DNA of 64,000 nt from Squalus acanthias. Its lineage: Eukaryota. Every line of letters starts with the position of its first letter. Within the stretch, counting starts at the first letter, position 1. A program made the position numbers and the translations under genes. Below are positions 1 through 12,484 of the stretch, piece after piece. Location: NCBI GenBank assembly GCA_030390025.1, contig CM059432.1, positions 91,948,001-92,012,000 of the forward strand. The letters are read 5' to 3'. Below the pieces are notes generated by a model. It was not told the origin of the DNA. It did no database searches and saw nothing but the letters and a program-made list of their open reading frames with translations.

Positions 1-499
1 TTTTTCTTGTCCAAAGATACTAAAGTCTCAACTGGTGAGATCAGCTGATTCATACCTGGGGTGCAAATAGGTGGGATGATAGTTTTTCTTAATATTTGTT
101 GTTGGGATGATCTAGGCAGAGGGCTTTACTAGTCAGGCATAGGCAACTACACACAGTATGGTGGGACTGGAATCACACGGAGGCGAGACCAGGTAGAGGT
201 GACAGATTAAAGAACATTAATGAAACAGTTGAGTTTTTACAAGAATCCTTTTACAAATCCTTTCATGGTCACTTTTCCAGATTACTAGAATTCTCAATTT
301 ACCACGGTGGGATTTGAACTCACAATCATTGGATTGCTAGTGCAGTACCATAGTATACAATAATTAGCATGAGAACAAGGAACCAAAGAGGTGATAATTG
401 TTAAAACAGAGTGCTTTGGTGTACTGATTAGGAGACAAATCGAATGGTTATTGTGGATAAATCAATTGTGGATAAATCAATAAAACCCAATCAGTACAG

Positions 500-890
500 T
501 ACACAGCTTCAGTATAAAGAGGAATTAGGGTTTCATTATCAGAGTACAAATCATAAAAGGTTGTATAGTGATAGCGTAAGGCAGTGATCAGACACCATCT
601 GGAGAATGGTGTGCATTTATTGTCACCTAATCATAGGATGGATATAATTTCCCTTGAGAGAATACACAAGTGAGTAACAGATCGTTCCGAGTAACAGGAA
701 TTGAAGTTATAAGGAAAATTTAAGGATGTTGGCTTTATTTTCTTTGGGCAAAAAAAGAGAGACTTCAAGACGATCTAACTCATGTTTTCAAGATTATGAA
801 GTGAATTGACCAAATTGATCCTGGGAAAGCGCTCACTGTGGAAATCAGGGAGAACTTTCTTCATCAGAAGGGTAATAAGAGTTGTGGAAT
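500..890 (+). mobile_element. Highly degenerate CR1 LINE 3' fragment
   Basis: Decayed match to the RPHLEYCVQFWSP and downstream CR1 motifs seen in intact copies in this window. Confidence 0.55.
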
Positions 891-892
891 AA

Positions 893-1445
893 AGACTTGT
901 ATTTATGTAGCGCATTATCACATCTCACAGAAACATCTCAAAACACTAAGTACTGCAAGTGTTAGGTAGGCAAATGTGACAGCTATATTGCACACAGCAA
1001 GATCCCACAAAGAGAAGAATCAGAAGTAGTTATTCTATTTTTGGTAGTATTAATTAAGAAAAGAATGTTTATCAGCAGAAGAACTCCTTGCTCTTCTCTG
1101 AATAGTGTCATGGGATCTTTAACGTCCACCTGTACCACCAGATGGAACCGCAGTTTAATATCACATCCAAACGGTGTCATCTTTAACAATGCAGCACTTC
1201 CTCAGTACTGCATTGGACTGTCAACCTAGAATAGAGGTAATTTCCAATTTCACACTCCCAGGCTCATTAATCAGAAGCACGTTGGAAGTCTGGGCAGATG
1301 AACTGTACGGTTTTCTGGCTGTTAATTTGTCAGGAGCATAAAGTTGGAAAATGACCTCTTATGTGCCCCAGTCCTCGATTGAGGCTTGAGCCCATGACCT
1401 TCTGACTCAGAAATGAAAGTAGTACTAACTGAGTTAAGCTGACAT
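893..1445 (-). mobile_element. Deu-domain tRNA-SINE (SacSINE1/AmnSINE-like)
   Basis: tRNA-like head at 1380-1445, core tgggatctttaacgtccacc, L2-like tail. Homologous to 31090-31493 and 44255-44600. Confidence 0.65.
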
Positions 1446-1782
1446 GTTGAAGACTGTTGAATAGTATAAATTGGTTCAAGAGACAATTGGATGCATTTTC
1501 AAAGAGAGGAGGAGTGGGAGATGTAGTGGGAAGGCAGGTAGGTTTAGATCTTCCATTAAGAAGAGGTTTGTTTGCATCAAATGGCCTTTCTCTGTGGCTA
1601 AAAGTTCTTATGCTGTAAATGTGGCACAAAGAATCCAGAATTTAAAAATATTTAACCGTGTTAAGCAATGCATCTCTGGTACAGAGTATAGCTGTGCACA
1701 TTCTTGGTCTCCCTCTTTTTAGTTTTAATAAAACTTAAGTAAATATAATAAAATGTGATGTAACCAAATCTTGCTGACATAC

Positions 1783-1920
1783 CTTTTGACTTTTGCAACT
1801 GCATTGCAATGTTTTTTCAGTTTTCCTGGATAAGGTTGTTATCTCCCGATTAAAATCAAAGTTATTGTGTTTAGCAATATAAAATACAGAGCATGTCAAG
1901 CGCTGGACTGAATGAATTTC
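1783..1920 (-). CDS. IL7: Interleukin-7, coding exon 4 (EIHSVQRLTCSVFYIAKHNNFDFNREITTLSRKTEKTLQCSCKSQK)
   Basis: Acceptor cttttattctag|, donor AAG|gtatgt, 138 nt open, phase 0-0. The EI..Q...C start and LQCxC end resemble non-mammalian IL7. Confidence 0.85.
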
Positions 1921-2139
1921 CTAGAATAAAAGCACAACATTTTTTTAGAATATAGTTTGTTCGTCTTTCACACTATGAAAATAAATAGTGAGAGACAAGG
2001 ACTATTACTAAGTGGTGTAACAATTCAGATGTTTGTCCGGACTAACTACTGTAGAGCTATGTAGTTATGGGATCACGAGATGCTTGGATGAAGGTGGTCC
2101 TTTGGTCCATTTTGGTTTCATCCTTCCAGAATTAAAAAA

Positions 2140-2985
2140 AAAATTCATTCATGGGATGTGGGCGTTGCTGGGAAGGCCTGCATTCATTGCCCATCCCTAA
2201 TTGCCCTCGAGAAATTGGTGGTGAGCTGCCTTCTTGAACCGCTGCAGTCAGTGTGGTGAAGGTACTCCCACAGTGCTGCTAGGGAGGGAGTTCCAGGATT
2301 TTGACCCAGCGACGATGAAGGGACGGCGATATATTTTCAAGATGGTGTGTGTCTTGGAGGGGAACTTGGAGTGGTGGTGTTCCCATGCGCCTGCTTCCTT
2401 CGTCCTTCTAGGTGGTAGCGGTCATGGATTTGGGAAGTGCCGAAGAAGTCTGTGCATCTTGTAGATGGTACTCACTGCAACCACGGTGCGCCGGTGGTGG
2501 GGAAAGTGAATGTTTAAGGTGATGGATGGGGTGCCAATCAAGCGGGCTTGCTTTGTCCTGGATGGTGTCGAGCTTCTTGAGTGTTGTTGGAGCTGCACTC
2601 ATCCAGGCAAATGGAGAGTATTCCATCACACTCCTGACTTGTGCCTTGTAGATGGTGGAAAGGCTTTGGGGAGTCAGGATGTGAGTCACTCGCCACAGAA
2701 TACCTACCTAGCCTCTGACCTGTTTTTGTAGCCACAGTATTTATGTGGTTCGTCCAGTTAAGGTTCTGGTCAATGGTGACCCCCCAGGATGTTGATGGTG
2801 GGAAGATTCGGTGATGGTAATCCCTTTGAATGTCATGGGGAGGTGGTTAGACTCTCTTTTGTTGGAGATAGTCATTGCCTGGCACTTGTGTGGCCCAAAT
2901 GTTACTTGCCACTTAACCCAAGTCTGAATGTTGTCCAGGTCTTGCTGCATGCGGGCACGGACTGCTTTATTATCTGAGGAACTTT
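2140..2985 (-). mobile_element. LINE 3' fragment, second family (CR1/Zenon-like RT C-terminus)
   Basis: IYKAQVRSVMEYSP motif and shared tail with 14950-15850 and 28560-29582. Confidence 0.8.
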
Positions 2986-5242
2986 ACTGCCCTGAGGAAC
3001 TCCTGCAGCTATACACTGTATCCCAGGTATGGCCTAAACCGAGCGCCGTATATTTTATGTTTCACTTCTGGATGGGAGGGGTTAAACTTAATCGGTTTAG
3101 CAGCATACCCAAGCATCCTATTCACTTTATTTATTACCAGTACACATTGTTTGAATATTGTGATCCACAAGTCAAGCACTAATCCTAGGTCTTCAACTTC
3201 CCCAGGGCAAGTTCTATCTTATCCATGGAATACATATGCCACCTATTTTTAATTCCAATATGCAATGTCTTGCATTTGTTGATCTTGAAGTTCATTTTAG
3301 CCAGGTGCATATCCTGTCAAGCTTCCTTTGTAAGACATTGGCTGGCTCCTCTGAATCCACAGTTCCCCTTGGTGTAATTTGCGAAATTAACTACTTTGCA
3401 TCATGTCTGCAAATCCAGACCCTTTGTTTGCACCATGACCAATTCGCAATGAGATCAAAGATGCATACCTGTTGTCAAAATCAGCAGAAACTGACTGAAG
3501 TGCTTTACTTCCTACAGTGCTACAGCCTGGAGCAGTATTAAAAACTGAATGCTGGACTTCCAAGCGAGCTTTCATATGTAAGGGTTTTTGCTTAGAACCA
3601 GGGCAGAACTGACTCTGCCTGTGACAGCCTAAGGGACGGGAAATTTTGACACCCACAAAGTAAGAGATTCTGAGTTATCATTATGGGACTCCCAACTGGC
3701 ATCTCCTTGAGTTACTTTAATGGAGGAGCAGCAATACAGGATAGAGGAAGGGAGGGCAGCATATTACCCCGCCGCCCCCCCCCCCCAAATAATTTACAGG
3801 TCATGTAGATTTGAGAGAGATCTTAGTGAAGAGCTCTGTGTGAGAAGAGTAAATTACACAGGGTGAAAGAGAATGCATCCACATAGCATTGTGAGTGCCT
3901 GTAGTAAACCCACTAAACGTTTTAAATGGAAAGGATCACCACTCGCTGAATGCACAGATCTTGTGTGACCAGATGCAAGAATTCTGCAAGTCAATGTCAC
4001 ATTTTCTGGAAGTGGCTATGAAACTAATCTTCTCAGGAATTATGCCTTCCCTTTATCTGAAGAATCTGAAGTAATCAGATGGCTTGTGGGTGATATTATC
4101 CTCTCTGCTACCAGGTGCTACCATGGATCATGACATCAATGTGAGTTGCAAGAACAGCAGCTGAGGAGCACTACGACAAGACAAAGGCTTCTACAAGAGT
4201 TGTAATTGATAGAACTGTACAGACTTGTACAACTTGTGCAGAAGCGCTCCACATTAGGTGTGGAGGATGCCGGGACAGTGCAGACTGCGGATTAGTGGGT
4301 GCCACCAGTAATCATGGGGGCAATTAAGTTAAATATTCAGTGTTGCAAATTTAACTTGCAATGTCAGAGCTACATCCAAGGTGGGGTGGGGGGGTGGGGG
4401 TGGGGGAAGAGATCAGAAAATACATGGGAAGCTGACTCCCAGTTGTAGAGGCAGTGAATGATTGGCACAATGCGGGGCAGGGATGCAGAGAAAATCAATC
4501 CAAGTAACCATTCCTCATGTGCGAGCCTAGATAGTCAGTGATGACGTGCTACTTGACAACACTACAGCATAAAATTTAGGTCCAATCCTGTCTTCACTCA
4601 ACATCCACAATGTGCACTTTCAGTACAGGTTGCTGAATAACAATCAGGAAGGAAATCCTGGTCAATTTGCCCATTCCTAAACCAGGAAACTTAGTAAATT
4701 GTAGCATTCATATCCCCACCTTGGTTGAGATTAGCTAGCTCAACACAGACTGGTGAGTGAATCTAGGGCCTTCCTGGCCTTAAGCAGCTGGGCCATTGGG
4801 AGAGCTTCAAGTTTTTTAATAATTTTATCTCAACTCAAAATGAGGTTACAGCATCTAAATACTCTGACATCACTGAATATCAAGCACTTAAATACTTTTA
4901 ACATCACCGTGTATCAATGTATTCAATCTGACTGATGCATTATGACGTCCACACAGCAGCAGTCATATTGTGAAATACTAATTGTAGGTTTATTAATGAA
5001 TTTATCTGTAAATGTATCTGTATTTTTAATTGTTAGATTATAATATTAGGAATTCTACTACCCATTAAACCACCCTTTAACATCAAACTCTAACCAGTTA
5101 GATTATCGTTCCCATAAAGTTTTCTTCAGATACAAAAAACTAAGTGCACAAAAAGAGCAATGATTGATCATTTCTGCACTGATTTATTTATGGAAATTAG
5201 ATCCAAAATGCACAGCAGAAACAGAAGCAGAAATCAGCTTAC

Positions 5243-5323
5243 CTTCCCATCAATGCAAAGAGGTTTTGATTTCTGTGGTTTGCTGCAGTTGTTATTATAA
5301 CTGTAGGAATCCAAAAGTGCTAA
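5243..5323 (-). CDS. IL7: Interleukin-7, coding exon 3 (LALLDSYSYNNNCSKPQKSKPLCIDGK)
   Basis: Acceptor ttttttcactag|, donor AAG|gtaagc, 81 nt, phase 0-0, two Cys. Same length and C-x(3)-K ending as human IL7 exon 3 (..ICDANK), from memory. Confidence 0.88.
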
Positions 5324-5416
5324 CTAGTGAAAAAACAGGTATTCAGTGCATAATGTTCAAACACTTTCAACATTTTTAACAAGCTAAATTCACCATATAA
5401 TTTCTTTGTTCCTTAC

Positions 5417-5562
5417 CAAGTTTTGCAAGTCTTGAAATATGACATACTGGAAATCATTCATTACTTCTGTCATATTTAAGTTTCTGTTCTGACAAGAGAG
5501 TGCAATGTTTGGGATCAGAAGAATCATCAGGGAAGGTATACCAAGGATAGACCTAAAGAAAA
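5417..5562 (-). CDS. IL7: Interleukin-7, coding exon 2 (signal peptide and helix A: VFFRSILGIPSLMILLIPNIALSCQNRNLNMTEVMNDFQYVIFQDLQNL)
   Basis: Acceptor taattcag|, donor TTG|gtaagg, 146 nt, phase 1 to 0. The hydrophobic leader ending ALS-C resembles human IL7 ([21 protein letters not shown]..) and chicken IL7 (MSHAFFRSIF..), both recalled from memory. Confidence 0.9.
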
Positions 5563-5853
5563 CTGAATTACAGTAAACAGGACTCAAAATGTGATTGTAA
5601 CCTTGTTGAGTTGAGAACATTTAGTTGTGCTCATGCTTTTTTCTTACACTGAACATATGTACAAGCTGTTGCACATTGACACCATTAGCTATATTCATAT
5701 TAAAAGCCTCGTGAATTTTACATTAAGTCCGATTTCATCTAGAATGCCTTATGGCCCCAGAATATTTCAACATAGTTATGGACAGAATGAGCCCAACAAC
5801 AGAAGGTCACTGGCTGGCAAGTCGCATTGGTGATACCTTTGTGTTACTCTGAT

Positions 5854-7366
5854 GATCCGTATTTTCCGATCGGAGGCTTCCTGTGTGTGGAGGCCTCCGA
5901 TCTGGAAAAATCTACGCACTTACCTGAGGGCTCCCGAGGTCCGGACACTTCCGCTCCTGGGCCTCTCCAACTCAAAATGCGCAGGGCCCACGTATCCCAG
6001 AGGCGCATGCGGTTCGCAAGCGTCCCTGGGATCACGTGGGCCATGGGGAGCCAATAGGAGAAGGGAATCTCTCTTCATACACTTGACAGATAGACCTGTC
6101 AAATATATGAATGGAGATCACCCCAAAAACACTTTAAAACATTAAATAAATTTTTTAAAATCACGTTTTAAAAATGAGTTCAAATTACAATAAATTAAAT
6201 ATTTTAAACAAAAATGTAATTTTTTGAAAAAAATAATTAAAGGGCCAGAAATTCGTGTCTCCACGGGTGAATACGCGCTGGGTACTCACCCGTAGACCCA
6301 ATGAAAGTGCCGGTTTCGCGCATGCACTGCGCATGCGCTGGAAACCAGAACTTCCGTTCCCCTGAAGGAAGGGGTTCAGAGGTCGAACGCATGCGCCGGA
6401 GAGGCAGCGCGTAGACCTCGAACTTCGGGGTTTTTTTTCAGGTTTCACCGTGAGGGTAAGTACGGAGAAGCTGCGCGGGAAAAAAGGAGGCGCAAGGCCT
6501 GCTTTTAACAAGGTAAGTGGTGAATTAAGTACAATTTAAACATTTTTTCAACAGGTTTATCTTTTTTACATACTTTAAAGAAAGGTAAGTTTATTTTTAG
6601 CACCGTTAAAAAGTGTAATTAATTTTTTCAAAAATTTAAATTTTTGTTTAAAGTAGTTAATTTATGTAATTTATAGTTATTTTAAAAATGTGATTTTTAA
6701 AAAATTTATTTGAAGTTTTAGTGAGGTTTTGGGGCCGATCTCTATTCATAGATTTGACAGGTCTTCCTGTCAAATCTATGAATGGAGATTCCCTGCTCCG
6801 ATTGGCTCTCCATGGCCCACGTGATCCCAGGGGACGCTTCGAACTAGTTGCGCCCCTGGGATACGCGAGCACTGCGCGCCGGCAGCTGGAGGAGGCCCAG
6901 GAGCCGAATTCCACGCGGGCCCGAAGCACAACGGCAGGCGCGGTATGTAAGTACGCGCGCGATTCTTGCACCTGCGGTGACCCGGAGAGCCGAATTTCTG
7001 GCCCAAAGTTTTTTACGGGGCTAAAAATAAACTTACCTTTTTTAAAAGTATTTTTAAATGATGAATGAGTGAAAAAAATGTGTTTTTTTTAACTTTTTTC
7101 AACCCTTACGCTGGTAAAAGCAGGCCTTACGCCTGCTTTTGCCAGGCGTAAGATTTCTAAGGGGTTTCTGTGGGCGGAGGTTCTCCAGAAAGCAGAACTC
7201 TCCCCCCGCAGAGGGTAGGCGTCCGATCTCTCAAGGGCATTCTTGACAGATCTGAAATGCCGATTTTCAGCGCATGCGCTTCGCATGCCTGAAACCGGCA
7301 TTTCCGATGTCCCTGTGGGTGTGTACACAGTGCGTACACACCCTTAGGCATCGGAATATACGGCCC
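5854..7366 (-). mobile_element. Non-autonomous Harbinger element in IL7 intron 1, host of a nested copy
   Basis: Imperfect TIR (gatccgtattttccgat / atcggaatatacggccc, 14/17). Internal sequence is homologous to 6242-7004 in reverse orientation. Confidence 0.75.
6242..7004 (+). mobile_element. Non-autonomous Harbinger element (~0.76 kb), nested
   Basis: TIR gggccagaaattcg / cgaatttctggccc, AAA on both sides. Ends resemble those of 51779-55629. Confidence 0.85.
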
Positions 7367-7659
7367 ATGGTTATTTTTCCTGAAAATTAATAGCATGTCA
7401 AAAACCCTTATCGAAAGAACTCACTAAGTTTAAATAACATTCAACTAGCCCAAGACAAAAGCAATGCATGTCCATCATCAGACTCTGTCAGCCCTTTTGT
7501 TTCTAAGTAAGCAATTACATCACTAAGTGCATCATTTAGTTCATCTAACTTTGTAGCAACATTCACTATGAAAACGTTACCATAGAAGTTAAAGAAGAAT
7601 TACACTTCTCACATCGATTATGTCCAGCCTTCAACGGCATTTGTGGTGGAGTAGAATGG

Positions 7660-10110
7660 TTAGCCTGCAAATGAAGCTTCAAATCTATTGAGAAATAAAA
7701 ACTCCACGGGAAAAGTGATCCATCCATGGCTAACTGAAGAAGTTAAGGATAGTATTAGATTAAAAGAGGCTTATAATGTTGCGAAGAATAGTAGTAAGCC
7801 TACGGATTAGGAGAACTTTAGAAACCAGCAAATGATGACCAAAAAATTGATAAAAAGGGAGAAAATAGAATGAGAGTAAACTTGCAAGACATATAAAAAC
7901 AGAGTGTAAGAGCTTCTACAAGTATGTAAAAAGGAAAAGAGTAGCAAAAGTAAGCATTTGTCCCTTAGAGGCTGAGACAGGAGAAATTATAATGGGAATA
8001 AGGAAATGGCAGAGACTTTAAACAAATATTTTGTATCTTTCTTCACAGTAGAAGACACAAACAGCATACCAAAAATAGTGGGGAACCAAGGGGCTAATGA
8101 GAGTGAGGAACATGAAGTAATGAAGATCAGTAAAGAAAAAGTACTTGAGAAACTAATGGGACTAAAAGCCGACAAATCCCCTGGACCTGATGGCCTACAT
8201 CCTAGGGTTCTAAAAGAGGTGGCTGCAAAGATAGTGCATGCATTGGTTATGATCTTCCAAAATTCCCTAGATTCTAGAATGGTCCCAGAGGATTGGAAGG
8301 TAGCAAATGTAACCCCGCTATTCAAGAAAGGAGGGAGAGAGAAAACAGGGAACTACAGGCCAGTTAGCCTGACATCAGTCGTCAGGAAAATGCTGGAATC
8401 CATTATTAAGGAAGTGATAACAGGGCACTTAGAAAATCATAATATGAAAGGGAAATCATGTTTAACAAATTTATTAGAATTTTAGGATGTAACTAGCAGG
8501 GTAGATAAAGGGAAACCAATGGATATAGTAGATTTGGATTTCCAAAAGGCATTTGATAAGGTGCCACATAAAAGATTGTTACGCATGGGCCCATGGGGTT
8601 GGGGGTAATATGTTAGCATGGATAGAGGATTGGTTAACGGACAGAAAACAAAGAGTAGGGATAAAAGGGTCATTTTCAGGTTGGCAGGCTGTAACTAGTG
8701 GGGTGCTGCAAGGATCAGTGCTTGGTCCTCAGCTATTTACAATCTATATTAATGACTTAGATGGAGGGACTGAGTGTAATGTATCCAAGTTTACTGATGA
8801 TACAAAGCTAGGTGGGAAAGTAAGCTATGAGGAGGACACAAGGAGCCTGCAAAGGGATATAGACAGGTTGTGAGTGGGCAAGAAGGTGGCAGATGCAGTA
8901 TAATGTGGGGAAATGTGAGGTTATTCACTTTGGTAGGAAGAATAGAAAAACAGAATATTTTTAAATGGTGAGAAACTATTAAATGTTGGTGTTCAGAGAG
9001 ATTTAAGAGTCTTCGTACAGGAAACACAGAGTTAGCATGCAGGTATAGCAAGCATTTGGCCTTTACTGCAAGGGGGTTGGAGTACAAGAGTAAGGAAGTC
9101 GTGCTACAACTGTACAGGGCTTTGGTGAGACCACACCTGGAGTACTGTGCACAGTTTTGGTCTCCTTATCTCCTTATTGGATATACTTGCCTTGGAGGCG
9201 GTGCAACAAAGGTTTACTAGATTGATTCCTGGGATGAGAGGGTTGTCCAATGAGGAAAGATTGAGTAGATTAGGCCTATACTCTCTGGAATTTAGAAGAA
9301 TAAGAGGTGATCTGATTGAAGGATATAAAATTCTGAGGGGGATTACATAGAATCTAGGAGCAGGAGTAGGCCATTCGGCCCGTCGAGCCTGCTCCACCAT
9401 TCAATACGATCATGGCTGATCATCCAAATCCAGCACCCTGTCCCTGCTTTAATCCCCACAGTACACATATCCCACCCTACCCCCGTAACCCCACGTATTT
9501 AATTCCCCCTAACATATCCCATCCTATCCCCATAACCCCACATATTTAATCCCCCCCTAACACTAAGGGTCAATTTATCATAGCCAAATCAACCTAACCC
9601 GCACATTTTTGGACTGTGGGAGGAAACCGGAGCACCCGGAGGAAACCCACGCAGACACGGGGAGAATGTGCAAACTCCACACAGACAGTCACCCGAGGTC
9701 AGATTCGAACCCGGGTCCCTGGCGCTGTGAGACACCAGTGCTAACCACTACGCCACCGTCTCGCCCATTGACAGGGTAGATGCTGAGAGGTTATTTCCCC
9801 TGGCTTAAGAGTCTAGAACTAGGGGACTTAGTCTCAGGATAAGGGGTCGGCCATTTAAGACTCAGATGAGGAGGAATTTCTTCACTCAGAGGGTTGTGAA
9901 TCTTTGGAATTCTCTACCCCAGAGGGTTGTGGATGCTTAGTCGTTGAGTATATTCAAGATTGAGAGAGATAGATTTTTAGACTCCAGGGAAATTAAGGGA
10001 TATGGAGATTGGGCAGGAAAGTGGAGTTGAGGTCGAAGATCAGTTGTGATCTTATTGAATGGCGGAGCAGGCTCGAGGGGCTGTATGACCTACTCCTGCT
10101 CCTAATTCTT
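7660..10110 (+). mobile_element. 5'-truncated, disrupted CR1 LINE ORF2 in IL7 intron 1
   Basis: ORF pieces with KSPGPDG, NYRPVSLTS, QGSVLGP, FTDDTKL, plus a CR1 3'UTR. Confidence 0.92.
9345..9760 (-). mobile_element. HE1-like V-SINE inserted in CR1
   Basis: tRNA-like head with B-box (ggttcgaatc on minus), V-domain (ggaggaaaccggagcacccggaggaaacccacgcag) and CR1-derived tail. Confidence 0.85.
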
Positions 10111-12291
10111 GTACAAATTTTTTCCCAAGATGGTGATCTGATAATGTTCCACCATCTTGCAGTCAGAATTCTTTAGCATAGCTCCAGGCAATGAACACCT
10201 CCCACGAACTTAATAAATAAACCTGTTTCATTAGTTCACTATTAAGATATGATTCATAATTTGGGTATATCATGTGGATTGGATGGAGCTGAATCCAATT
10301 TAAATGTGATGAAAGCTCCTCTCCCTGTAGGTTGCACAGCTCCTATATAAAAATGAGTTTGCACAGCCTCAGCCTACTTGTTAGTAGGTACAAGCCCAAA
10401 ACTTTCCATCATCTGGCACATAAACAATTGCATGCAGCGAGATAATGCAATGGCTGGTGAAAGATCACTGGTCCATTAGAGCGTGCTGGTATTATAGGAT
10501 ATTTCTGGCTGGAGTTAAAGGAGCTACACTGCATCTGGCTGTGCGGTACATGACCTACAAGTACTTAACACTTACACTTTGGGACAGGGAGGAGAGCTAA
10601 CCATGTGACATTAGATGGGTACCCTGAAACGGAGATCTTGCATGGGTTGACATGTCCCTCAGTTGGGATGGAGATTACCAAGTTTTCAATGCCTGTTTCA
10701 GATGTCAGGACCAAGTTGCCAAAGTTGTTTGAAAGAACTTGTTGTTTCAAAGAATGATCGTAAAATCATATGCAGTGTGCACTCAAATTTCCAATGTGAG
10801 GCTCCCTACTGGGAGTACAAAATTGGAAAATTACCTCTATAAATCTGCCTACACATCAGTGTAAGAATTACGCTGTGTAGCAACATTATAAATGTGTTTT
10901 TGTGAGGATTTCTTCAGTTCAGTATTTCTAGAAAAATCTATGTAAATATAATCAGACAGCACAAGAGGCCATTCAGCCTGTGCTGGCTCTTTGGTAGAGC
11001 TATCCAATTAGTCCCACTCACCTGCTCTTTCCCCAGCACCCTGCTATTTTTTTCCTTTTCAAGTATATATCAAATTCTCTTTTGGAAGCTACTATTGAAT
11101 CTGCTTCCACCCGATCAGGGAGTGCATTCCAAATCATAACAACTCGCTGCTCAATAAACACCCTCCAGCAAAGAGGAAATCTTCAAACAAACATTTATGA
11201 TGTCGCTACGCAAAGGGAGCTGAGGAATTCTGACCCCACGCGATGCCTTAACGTTAACTCTCGCTAAATATGGGGACAGGAGAGCACTGGGTGCCTCGTT
11301 TATTCCTATTTATTTATATGTGGAATGGCTGCCTGGAATAATCCGTCAGTCAAGTAACATCTGCGTTTCACAGTTTCAACTTTATTTTTCTTATTTAGTT
11401 GGAACTCTTCAAATAGCCTAATTGTTGATTTACTCTTCCACATCTGACCCACCACAACCAAAACAAAAACATTGACAATCTGTCAGTTAACGCGGCTCGT
11501 TTAGAACATTCTCATTAAATTCACCCAACGATCTCATCCCTTATGCTCTAGGTAGGTCTGTCGCGGTTTCTAAATATCAGGTATAAAAAGCGCTTGCCTT
11601 TCTATTTCCACTTCATTGGCTTCAGATCCAAGAACAAGTTTCTTTTATACATCAACTTCCTTGTAACCACCACCAACGCGTAAATAACTATTATCATCTT
11701 AACTAGTGTGTCATTCTCACTCAACTGCTCAGTCTTCCATTAATCACCTTGTCGGGGTTTCTCCCCCTTTATCCCCATACTTTGCCTTCAGTTGGATGAT
11801 GACCTTCATTGTTCCTGCTCTCCTGTACGAATCCATCTACTTGGCGTCTTTTCCCCCAGAGAAGTTCAGGGGGAGGGACGGACCTTCCCGATTGGTTTCT
11901 ACTTTCGATAAATGCGAGTGAAATCGGAATGATTAATTTGGGAATTTCCCCTTTGCGGCGAAGCGAGGCGTAAAGCCGCGTTCACCCTGGGGACGGGAGA
12001 TCAGGTGTCCGTGCCGGCTGCACCTTTCCAACCAGGTGCTTTTACCGATCGCCGTGAAAGCCAGCTCCAGATTCCCCAGCCAATGAACCGGATTCCTGTG
12101 GGAAAGGCCCGAGCGGCCAGGGCTGGTCTTTGCTACAGCTCAGTCTCTGCCCGCGGGATTCCCGCTGTCTTCAGTGCGGGGCCACCGAAGTCATGTGGAA
12201 AAGTGTGTGAGAAAGCAGCTTGTTATTATTACCTTGTATATCGCAGACACCTGCCTGTCATCGTATCTCTCTTGCATTTTTTTCCACTTAC

Positions 12292-12301
12292 CATTTGTCA
12301 T
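12292..12301 (-). CDS. IL7: Interleukin-7, coding exon 1 (ATG ACA AAT G; M-T-N + phase 1)
   Basis: Minus strand reads aaaATGACAAATG|gtaagt, a consensus donor, inside a CpG-rich region. The 10 coding nt splice in frame to 5562. As I recall, tetrapod IL7 exon 1 also has 10 coding nt. Confidence 0.85.
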
Positions 12302-12312
12302 TTTATTCTGGG

Positions 12313-12342
12313 TCACCCGTAAACGAAGGAAGTCCAGCTCAT
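12313..12342 (-). other. uORF in the IL7 5'UTR (MSWTSFVYG*)
   Basis: caccATG context with A at -3. TGA ends 11 nt before the main ATG. Confidence 0.55.
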
Positions 12343-12484
12343 GGTGAATATCACTGTTCGGGATTCACGATCTTCCTCGAGAATGGCGAGGGGTGCTCCG
12401 ACCCTCCCCGCCTTGCACACTGAGAGACGCCTGTGGGCGAGTGGCAGCCGGGACAGGGGCCAAGAGTCGCCGCCGCTCCTCGCT

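Noticed and set aside
1..1782. Terminal IL7 exon
   Set aside because: No suitable minus-strand exon found; the region is mostly decayed repeats.
3518..3577. Possible + strand exon antisense to IL7 intron 3
   Set aside because: Isolated splice-like signals only.
5390..5620. 76-aa single-exon ORF as listed in the track
   Set aside because: It is IL7 exon 2 plus flanking intron read-through.
9690..9760. tRNA gene (also ~22715-22775, ~31425-31493, ~63300-63362)
   Set aside because: These are tRNA-derived SINE heads attached to SINE bodies.
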